Shown here: positions 56,599-64,000 of the stretch, piece after piece | Layout of the letters: each line of letters begins with the position of its first letter | Position numbering within the stretch: the stretch's first letter is position 1 | Assembly: GCA_048887225.1 (NCBI GenBank) | Contig: JBHLJY010000003.1 | Location: 32,001-96,000 of the forward strand | DNA: 64,000 nucleotides | Source: Candidatus Hodarchaeota archaeon | GTDB lineage: Archaea; Asgardarchaeota; Lokiarchaeia; Sigyniarchaeales; SOKP01 | Direction: 5' to 3' | Notes under the pieces: model-generated | What the model saw: the letters and a program-made list of their open reading frames with translations, nothing else | The model's database searches: none | Told to the model about the DNA's origin: nothing | Translations under genes and position numbers: made by a program

Positions 56599-57636
56599 TT
56601 AAAACACACCCGTTCTAATATCAAAAACAGTTCCTACAGAACAATTAAAAGCTTTAGTGTTGAGAATTCTTGATGTATTTATTTCATGAATAAATCTCTC
56701 TCCAGTGCAATGAATAGGAAAAAGATATAAAAACTTGTAATTTTCTTGAAATGTTTTTAAGTATCTTATTGTAGCTCTAATTCTTTCCATCGGAGCGTTG
56801 GCCAAGTGAATTCCTCCTATAATATGAGTTATTAATTTATCAGTCGAATCTTTTACATAATCTATGGTATTCATAATTCCAGAATGACAACACCCTGTTA
56901 ACAATACCACATTTTCATTATACTCGAAAATTAAGCATTTATCATCTAAAATCTTATCTGCTTCAAGTGTTCCTTCTTGAAGTGAGAAAAAATTGTTAAA
57001 ATCTTCTTCCTCGTATTTTCTTGGTATTTCACCACTTACGGTGATTTTTAAATTTTCATCCTTAAATAGCTCGTAAGGATGTCTTGAAAAAAACATACTC
57101 CCACTTAAATCTTTAATTTTTTCTAAATCCACTGGCTCTTGATTTACTATCTTAGATGTATTTAATAAATGTAAAATTTCTTCCCGGGTTTTGCCTTCCA
57201 AATCATTATTTTTAATTTCTTCAGAGCGTCTAAAAAAGCGTTCATATTTTGCATCATTATGGCAAATAATTGTAATATCTCTTTCAATTCGTTTTAAAAT
57301 CTCATTTAATCCACCAATATGGTCGTGATGCCAGTGTGATAGAACAATATAGTCAACCTCATGAACACTGTAATTTCTAATATCTAAATTATGTAAGAAA
57401 GTTAAATTGGTTCCACCAGTATCAAAAATGATTTTTTTTTTCAATTTTGGCCCCCATTGATCGTCAAGGTCATCCATATCATAAATATTAATTAAAAATC
57501 CTAAACCATGCTCAGCCAACGACTTATTAGCAAAAAACTTATTCAAATCTATAAAATCTAAATTGTATATTTTTTGGAGTTGTTGAAATGGTAAAACAAC
57601 ATTGTTCGCTAGAAGAATTATTTCTGTTTTAATCAT
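56599..57636 (-). CDS. Metallo-beta-lactamase-fold hydrolase (COG1237-like)
   Basis: AEHGLG, FDTG, LSHWHHDHIGG, DD, GCCHSG, GGIHL, HCTG. Confidence 0.9.
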   Translation of the reverse strand: MIKTEIILLANNVVLPFQQLQKIYNLDFIDLNKFFANKSLAEHGLGFLINIYDMDDLDDQWGPKLKKKIIFDTGGTNLTFLHNLDIRNYSVHEVDYIVLSHWHHDHIGGLNEILKRIERDITIICHNDAKYERFFRRSEEIKNNDLEGKTREEILHLLNTSKIVNQEPVDLEKIKDLSGSMFFSRHPYELFKDENLKITVSGEIPRKYEEEDFNNFFSLQEGTLEADKILDDKCLIFEYNENVVLLTGCCHSGIMNTIDYVKDSTDKLITHIIGGIHLANAPMERIRATIRYLKTFQENYKFLYLFPIHCTGERFIHEINTSRILNTKAFNCSVGTVFDIRTGVF

Positions 57637-57651
57637 TTGAAAATTAACTCC

Positions 57652-58605
57652 CTACAGAAATAATATTATATAATTTCCTAGAATAATTAAACCCACCGCG
57701 ATTATGAATCTTTTTCTAAATTTCTCCTTTAAAATAAGAATTGAAAAAATTTGTTGAACCATTGGTGTGTTTGCTGTTATTGTACTTGTCAGTACTAATC
57801 CATTTATTTCTGCAGCTTTATAAAATAACGAATCAGCAAAGCCTAAAGATAAAGATCCAGCAATTCCGATATAAGCGTAATACTTTAAATATTTTTTATT
57901 TTCCTTTTTAAAGCCAGAATAGTATTCTCTTTGAGATATACCTAATAAAGCTGTGCTAACTGTGGCAAAAGCGATTCGAATGAAATTAGTGACAAATACA
58001 TCACCACTAATAATTCTTGCTTGATGAAAAGAGACCATTGCAAGTGCCCAAAAGAATGCAGTTCCAATAGCAAAAATAATTCCTATAATAATCTTCTCAG
58101 ATTCCTTTTGTTTTAACTCATTTTCTTCAATTGAATGAGTATCATTTTGTTTTTCTACCTCTTTATCTTTTTTAATTAATAAAAAAACGCTTGAAAGGAT
58201 TAATATACCTCCTATAAAAATTGAGATTGTAATATTTTCACCAAATAAGAAATATGCAAAAGGATAAACAAAAACTAGTGAAATTTGCGTTAATGGATAT
58301 GCCCTGGAAGCATCAATTTTTTTTAATGAAGCAAAGTAAAATATATCACCAATTGTTACTGTAACTCCAGAGATTAAACAAGCAATTAAAAATATATATA
58401 ATTCCTCTTCATTTAATTCAGGAAAAAATTGATAATTTCCAAGAACTAAAGAGATAAGAAGAGTAAAAGCGCTAACACAACATAGTCTAAATAGTATTGT
58501 TCCCTTTGGATCCGTTTTTTCTAATCCTTTTTTATATACCAATGATGCAATAGCCCATGTAAAAATAGCGTCAAGGGCTAATATATATCCAATTAATTCT
58601 GGCAT
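57652..58605 (-). CDS. EamA/DMT-family transporter
   Basis: Two 5-TM repeats; GDIFYF, ASRAYP, LFGE, ILKE. Confidence 0.88.
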   Translation of the reverse strand: MPELIGYILALDAIFTWAIASLVYKKGLEKTDPKGTILFRLCCVSAFTLLISLVLGNYQFFPELNEEELYIFLIACLISGVTVTIGDIFYFASLKKIDASRAYPLTQISLVFVYPFAYFLFGENITISIFIGGILILSSVFLLIKKDKEVEKQNDTHSIEENELKQKESEKIIIGIIFAIGTAFFWALAMVSFHQARIISGDVFVTNFIRIAFATVSTALLGISQREYYSGFKKENKKYLKYYAYIGIAGSLSLGFADSLFYKAAEINGLVLTSTITANTPMVQQIFSILILKEKFRKRFIIAVGLIILGNYIILFL

Positions 58606-58643
58606 TTAATTCGACTAACTAGTTATTTATTTTTATATATTAC

Positions 58644-59207
58644 TTATTTTAGAGAATCATCAATTATTTTTCCGATCAAAATTCTATTAATATATATACC
58701 CTCTTTTAATTTAGCTCCATATTTCCTTCTACCTTCGATTTGATATTTTAACTTCTCAACATATAACTTTTCTGCCATTAGATTGTTATTAAAATATTCA
58801 GTTTCCAGTTTTTTAAGTCCTCTTTCTTTTGCGATATTCTCTATTATTAAAAGTAATCTCGTTCCTAAACCCTTATTTTGAAACTCAGGATGGATTGCTA
58901 TACCCCATTTCCCGATATGACCCATTTTTTTATTTCTAAGGTTTAATTCCAAGTTAGCAGTAGCTATAATTTTTCCATTATATATGGCCCCTATCATAAT
59001 ATAATTGTCTTTATTTGACATTATTATTTCAAAATTTCTTCTATCTTGCTCTAAATTTTCCTTATCAAACTCTAAAGCTAGATATTTATTTACTTGATTA
59101 AGCCAACTGTGAACATATTCATAATTTTTATTGATTTTGTAATCATCCATCGTTAATCTTTTGATGATTACGACTCTTCCGTCTTTTATTTTAAACTCTT
59201 CAATCAT
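58644..59207 (-). CDS. GNAT acetyltransferase
   Basis: IHPEFQNKGLGTRLL, N..AEKLY, EGRR. Confidence 0.9.
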   Translation of the reverse strand: MIEEFKIKDGRVVIIKRLTMDDYKINKNYEYVHSWLNQVNKYLALEFDKENLEQDRRNFEIIMSNKDNYIMIGAIYNGKIIATANLELNLRNKKMGHIGKWGIAIHPEFQNKGLGTRLLLIIENIAKERGLKKLETEYFNNNLMAEKLYVEKLKYQIEGRRKYGAKLKEGIYINRILIGKIIDDSLK

Positions 59208-59345
59208 ATCTCTTTATTTAATCGATTTTAATTTTAACTAGTTTTAAATAATTTTAAAAGTATATTAAAAATAAGTTAAATGAATGCTTAGCCGTTTTAT
59301 AATCTTATTTGAATTTCTTCAATTTAGTAATGAAATGTGATTTAA

Positions 59346-59615
59346 TTGAATTTTATCGAATTAATAAAAGAATTGATTCTAATTCATTGCGCAAGAGGTC
59401 CACTGAGGTGTGACAAATGCAAAAAATTGGTCGCGAAAGGAAAAAAATTCTGTTTAATCAAAGCTTATTTAAAAGCAGGAAAAATTGCTCGACCTATGAC
59501 TCAAATTAATATCAACAATGAGGAAGTATTTTGTGAATACGACGTTGAAAAAGTGTTTGTAGACGAAAATAAAGCAAAGAAATATGCTATAAATAATGGG
59601 ATAGAAATTCAATAG
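59346..59615 (+). CDS. Small Cys-containing hypothetical protein
   Basis: HC..GPLRCDKC motif; SD-like GTGAT before the TTG start. Confidence 0.6.
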   Translation: MNFIELIKELILIHCARGPLRCDKCKKLVAKGKKFCLIKAYLKAGKIARPMTQININNEEVFCEYDVEKVFVDENKAKKYAINNGIEIQ

Positions 59616-59680
59616 TCCAATATGAGAATTTATTTTTAATTTGGAGAAATTTAATATATTTTAAGTTATTTTATGAAATT

Positions 59681-60385
59681 ATGAGAAAAGAAGATATATT
59701 AAGGTCTATAGATGCTAATGTCCTAAGGGACTCTAATATTCAAAAAATAGACCTAAGTAAAAATCAAAAGATAAATAAATCATTAACGTTTAGTTCAGGA
59801 ACGACCACTGTTGGCTTAAAATGTAAAGATGTAGTTGTCTTAGGCACTGATAAAAGAGCTACGATGGCATACTTTATTGCTAGTAAAATATCTGAAAAAT
59901 TATTCAAGATCCAAGATCATTTATGGATGACAACAGCGGGATCTGTGGCTGATTCTCAGTATATCATTGACATAATAAGGGCAGAAACAACGATATATCA
60001 ACTTCAAAAAGAAAAACCAGTTCCTATAAAATCAGCTGGAAAAATGTTGTCAAATCTTCTCTATAGATATAAATTATTTCCCTTTCAAGTTGGTCTTATT
60101 TTAGGAGGCGTGACCAGAGAAGAAGGCCCCGTATTATTGGATATAGGCGCTTATGGTTCAATTTTACCAGAAAAATACGTTGCTGTAGGGAGCGGACAGA
60201 ATTTTTCTTATGGTGTGTTAGAAGCTAAGTATAAAGAGGGATTATCAGTTGAAGAAGGGAAAAAAATCGTCAAGTCAGCTGTAACATCTTCAATAATCCG
60301 AGATATGGCAAGTGGGAATGGAATTGATATTGTTGTTGTTAAAGAGAAGGGTCCCGCAGAAAAGGAGTTTATTTCAATAAAATAA
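59681..60385 (+). CDS. psmB: Proteasome beta subunit with propeptide
   Basis: SG/TTTVG cleavage site, DKRAT, AGSVAD, GSG, RDMASG. Confidence 0.95.
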   Translation: MRKEDILRSIDANVLRDSNIQKIDLSKNQKINKSLTFSSGTTTVGLKCKDVVVLGTDKRATMAYFIASKISEKLFKIQDHLWMTTAGSVADSQYIIDIIRAETTIYQLQKEKPVPIKSAGKMLSNLLYRYKLFPFQVGLILGGVTREEGPVLLDIGAYGSILPEKYVAVGSGQNFSYGVLEAKYKEGLSVEEGKKIVKSAVTSSIIRDMASGNGIDIVVVKEKGPAEKEFISIK

Positions 60386-60638
60386 TGTGGATTCTGCATT
60401 CTTAAGAGTAATCCATAATTTTGCTTTGAATTTTGTATTTTCCCATTATTTTTCTTTTAATAATTACCCTCACTATTTATTAAGTTTTTTCTTTAAGAAT
60501 AAAGTTTAAAAATATAAAATTTTCTAATTTTAATGATTCTAGTAAATTTATTAATAATAGCATATCTTTATAAAGATAAATTACATAATTAAGTCAAAAT
60601 AGTAAACTAATAGATTAATATTGTTTTTGTGAAGAAAT

Positions 60639-61370
60639 TTGACACCTCTACGTGTAATCGTTGATTTATCACATAACGAAAAATTAGAAGATTTTCCGGA
60701 GTTTTCTTTAGGTGAAGACGATTACGATGTTGATTATATAGATAAAACTGATGCTTTCATTGATTTTGATTTAGAAGACTATGATCTTTTATTTATTGGA
60801 AATATTTCCCATTCAAAAAAAAAAAAATCTTCTTTTTTTATACCAGATGAATTAAAGCAAATAAAAAGATTTGTAGGTGAAGGTGGTGGTTTATTATTAA
60901 CATCTGGTGCAGGTGGAGATCAAGATATTCCTATGAAACAAGGTTCTATTAGAGTATTATATAAAGTAACAGGAGTTCGAAGATTTTGGAATGGCAGAAT
61001 ATTAGAATCGGGTACTAATTTCTTAGTAAAAAAAAAAAATGTTTTGATTACTGAATTGTTTTCCCATCCAATTACTAAAGGAATTACAGAATTAGTATTT
61101 CCTAATTGTACATTTTTTAATTTGACAGAAGAAGAAGTTGAAGATATAATAGTAACTTCAGAAAAAGCAGAATTTCAATATCACAACGATGATGATATTG
61201 ATGAAGTAGGACAAGTGCCTATATGTGTTGTTAGTGAATTCTTTAATGGAAGATGTGTAACGATTGGCTCCTCAGATTGGCTAATTGAAGATAGCGACTA
61301 CGGCTTAGACGCGGGGGATAATCTCAAGTTCTTGGAAAATATTATTAAATGGTTATCTTTTGAAATATAA
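60639..61370 (+). CDS. Cytoplasmic GATase-like fold protein (GIFT/DUF4350-like)
   Basis: VDLSHNE, F..DELKQIKRFVGEGGGLLL, HPITKGI, GRCVTIGS, DN.KFLENIIKWL; no signal peptide. Confidence 0.65.
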   Translation: MTPLRVIVDLSHNEKLEDFPEFSLGEDDYDVDYIDKTDAFIDFDLEDYDLLFIGNISHSKKKKSSFFIPDELKQIKRFVGEGGGLLLTSGAGGDQDIPMKQGSIRVLYKVTGVRRFWNGRILESGTNFLVKKKNVLITELFSHPITKGITELVFPNCTFFNLTEEEVEDIIVTSEKAEFQYHNDDDIDEVGQVPICVVSEFFNGRCVTIGSSDWLIEDSDYGLDAGDNLKFLENIIKWLSFEI

Positions 61371-61384
61371 AAATTTTTTCTACT

Positions 61385-62500
61385 ATGGTTTTTAGAATTT
61401 TACGTCCAGACTCGCATTCAGTTTGGCAAAACGAAGATATTCTTAAACGTTTTTCTAAATATAGAGGTATCTTAGATGGAAAGCAAATAGCAAGATATTT
61501 AATAGCTAAAAGCTTAGAATGCAACTTTAACTCCAAGACCGATTCTTTAGAGAATTTAGAGATGTTATTAAAAGAAAAATCTATTGAATTTAACGAGTTA
61601 TTGAAAAATATACCTGAAGAACTTAAAAATCGTGAGATTAAATCAAGTTCTTACGTTGATTTAGCTGAAGATATCGCAAGAAAATATCTTGAAAATTGTA
61701 TTTTTTGCGAAAGAAAATGCGGGGTTAATAGAATTCAAGATGAAAAAGGGTATTGCTTATTAACAAAGGACTCATACGTTTCCTCAGCTTTTTTACATTT
61801 TGGAGAAGAATCTGTTCTCGTTCCATCTGGAACAATATTTTTTCAATCTTGTAATTTTGGGTGTGTATTTTGCCAAAATTATGATATCTCTCAAGCTTGG
61901 AAAGGTAGAAAAAATATTGAGGATATAGCTCAAAAAATTGATAAAGAAAAATTAGCAGCTATAGCAAAAAGACTGGTTGAGAAAGGAGCATTAAATATAA
62001 ATTATGTTGGAGGTGATCCTATACCAAATTTACACACGATTGTTGGTAGTTTAAAATATCAAACATCGAACATTTGTCAGTTATGGAATTCAAATTTCTA
62101 TTTAACTAATGAATCATTGTCATTAATTATTGATTTTATGGATTTTTGGTTACCTGATTTTAAATATGGGAATAATATATGCGCTGAAAAATATTCTGGT
62201 ATTAAAAATTATTTCGATGTTGTATCTCGTAATCATAAGAGAATACATGACGAGGGTAGTGCCGAAATTATAATTCGCCATCTTGTATTACCGAATCATA
62301 TTGAATGTTGTTCTAAACCGATCTTAGATTATGTAGCAAAAGAGATACCCAAATGTGTTGTCAACATTATGGGACAATATAGACCGCAATACAAAGCCCA
62401 TAAATATAAAGAAATTAATAGACATCCCTCAACAAGAGAAATGATAGATGTAAAGAATTACGCTGATGAATTAGGAATATTATATACCCCTGTCTCATGA
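61385..62500 (+). CDS. Radical SAM protein, PflX-like
   Basis: CIFCERKCGVNR, HFGEE, CNFGCVFCQN, NYVGGDP, DFKYG, IRHLVLP, QYRP. Confidence 0.9.
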   Translation: MVFRILRPDSHSVWQNEDILKRFSKYRGILDGKQIARYLIAKSLECNFNSKTDSLENLEMLLKEKSIEFNELLKNIPEELKNREIKSSSYVDLAEDIARKYLENCIFCERKCGVNRIQDEKGYCLLTKDSYVSSAFLHFGEESVLVPSGTIFFQSCNFGCVFCQNYDISQAWKGRKNIEDIAQKIDKEKLAAIAKRLVEKGALNINYVGGDPIPNLHTIVGSLKYQTSNICQLWNSNFYLTNESLSLIIDFMDFWLPDFKYGNNICAEKYSGIKNYFDVVSRNHKRIHDEGSAEIIIRHLVLPNHIECCSKPILDYVAKEIPKCVVNIMGQYRPQYKAHKYKEINRHPSTREMIDVKNYADELGILYTPVS

Positions 62501-62634
62501 ATCGTTTTAAGTTTTAATTCTGCCATTTAAAATTTATCATCTTTCAATCTCTTTTTAGAAAAATCTATAAGGAATCTAATATTTTTAATTTTACCTAATT
62601 ATCAATAATAATGTTCAACTTTTATCAATTTATT

Positions 62635-63744
62635 ATGAGTTTTAAATTGGAAGACGTTAAAGGTTTAGGCAAAAAAGCGGGAAATCTTAAGGATGCCGGA
62701 ATAGATTCAGTTGAAAATTTAGCAAATGCTAAAGAAGATGATTTAATAAAGATTAAAGGTATTGGTAAAGCATCTGCCCAAAAGTTTATCAATAATGCAA
62801 AAAAATTATTGAAAAGTAAAACTAGCGAAGATATGTATGAAGAAAAGGTAGTTTCCGAAGAAATTAATGAGGAAGAAAAAAAAGTTCAAGAAGAACATAA
62901 AAGATTAGAGGAAAAGAAAAGGAATTTAGAAGGAAATACGGTTGAGAAAAATGATTTCATTCTTGTAAAGGTAACAGGGAGAACACAAAAGGGAAAAATC
63001 TTTCAAGTTTCTTCTGTAGACGATGCAAAGAAAGCTGGTATCTATGACGAGAAAAAAGAACATCTTTATACACCTGAATTTGTAATTGTAGGAACACCTG
63101 GATTTTTAAATGAGGGTCTTATGGAAACCATTGAGAATATGAATTATTTTGAAAAAAAATCGGTGCGAATTCCGCCAACAAAAGCTTTTGGTAAACGGGA
63201 TCCCACAAAAATTGAAAGAATTGGTATTGCTAAATTTAGGAGAATGAATGATGGGAAGAAACCAGAAATCGGACAAGATTTTACAAGGAAGGATGGTCAG
63301 AGAGGTACGGTAACTAATATTTTACAAGGTAGGGTTATCATAGATTATAATCATCCTTTAGCTGGGCAATCACTTGATTACAATATTGAAGTAATTGATA
63401 AAATCGAAGATTTTAACAAAAAGATTGAACATTTTATGATATCAAAAGGAATTCCTAAACAAAATGTTTCAGACTTTAATATAAATTACAATAAGGATGA
63501 TCAATCAATTGAATTTACAATCCCGAAACAGTTCTTGTTCCAAAATTTGGCATTATTAAAATTTAGTCTAGCAATAGATTTACAAACTCATATGACAGAT
63601 GAAATCAATGATGTAAAGTTTATCGAAATTTACGAAAAAATGCCAATACCACCAACGCCGTCAGAATCAGTAATGGAAAAAATTGAAGAATATGATAAAG
63701 AACATGAAGAACAAAAAAAAGATCAGACAGATAATAAAAAATAA
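62635..63744 (+). CDS. Long-type FKBP peptidyl-prolyl isomerase with N-terminal helix-hairpin-helix domain
   Basis: LEDVKGLG...LIKIKGIGKASA (HhH2), IPPTKAFGKRD, DYNHPLAG. Probable start at the ATG at 62635. Confidence 0.88.
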   Translation: MSFKLEDVKGLGKKAGNLKDAGIDSVENLANAKEDDLIKIKGIGKASAQKFINNAKKLLKSKTSEDMYEEKVVSEEINEEEKKVQEEHKRLEEKKRNLEGNTVEKNDFILVKVTGRTQKGKIFQVSSVDDAKKAGIYDEKKEHLYTPEFVIVGTPGFLNEGLMETIENMNYFEKKSVRIPPTKAFGKRDPTKIERIGIAKFRRMNDGKKPEIGQDFTRKDGQRGTVTNILQGRVIIDYNHPLAGQSLDYNIEVIDKIEDFNKKIEHFMISKGIPKQNVSDFNINYNKDDQSIEFTIPKQFLFQNLALLKFSLAIDLQTHMTDEINDVKFIEIYEKMPIPPTPSESVMEKIEEYDKEHEEQKKDQTDNKK

Positions 63745-63750
63745 TTATAT

Positions 63751-64000
63751 TTAATCTAATTCACACTTAAGTATTAATTCGTGCTTTTTAATTTCCTTCT
63801 CTTTTTTAAATTCTAATTTTATTTTATAAAATTCTTCTCGTTTTTGTTCAAGTTCAGTTGAGATTTTTGCTGATTTACCTTTTTTTTTTAAAAGTTTCTT
63901 TTTTGCTTTCTTGTACGCTTTTTTAGCCTTCTTATATTGTTTGTTCTTCATCTTATAAACTTTGTATTTCTCATTGATTTCCTGTCTATAGCTTTTAGAT
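63751..64000 (-). CDS. Lysine-rich C-terminal end of a gene starting beyond the window
   Basis: The frame stays open from the listed ATG (63951) to the window edge (SKSYRQEINEKYKVYK-MKNK...). Confidence 0.6.
   Translation of the reverse strand, partial: SKSYRQEINEKYKVYKMKNKQYKKAKKAYKKAKKKLLKKKGKSAKISTELEQKREEFYKIKLEFKKEKEIKKHELILKCELD

Overview
AT-rich (roughly 30% GC by eye) archaeal chromosomal segment, almost certainly from an Asgard archaeon of the Lokiarchaeia type. It carries archaeal housekeeping genes (rpl37e-Lsm, psmB, SepCysS, EndA, PINA, SepF, FolD, NadA) mixed with eukaryotic-signature-type proteins (actin-related protein, three longin/uDENN-like proteins, roadblock/LC7, an SSUH2-like zinc finger, a GIFT/IFT52-like domain, a SIRT6/7-like sirtuin) and a lipid/CoA-ester catabolic block. 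No mobile element, CRISPR array or rRNA was seen. The main results are not in the supplied ORF track. (1) An 86-codon ubiquitin-fold gene (31221-31481, minus) ends in a SUMO-like DVITVMATQAGG plus a 3-residue propeptide and lies directly upstream of an E1 enzyme with UBA2/SAE2-like motifs, a candidate proto-SUMO module. (2) That gene and several others appear to start at non-canonical codons (ATT, CTG) placed 4-5 nt after Shine-Dalgarno-like GGTGA motifs. (3) A tRNA-Leu(UAA) gene carries two 30-nt introns at non-canonical positions (21/22 and 59/60), and an EndA subunit lacking the catalytic His is in the same window. Several unannotated small ORFs were also found. Family assignments rest on motifs recalled from memory; no database search was run.
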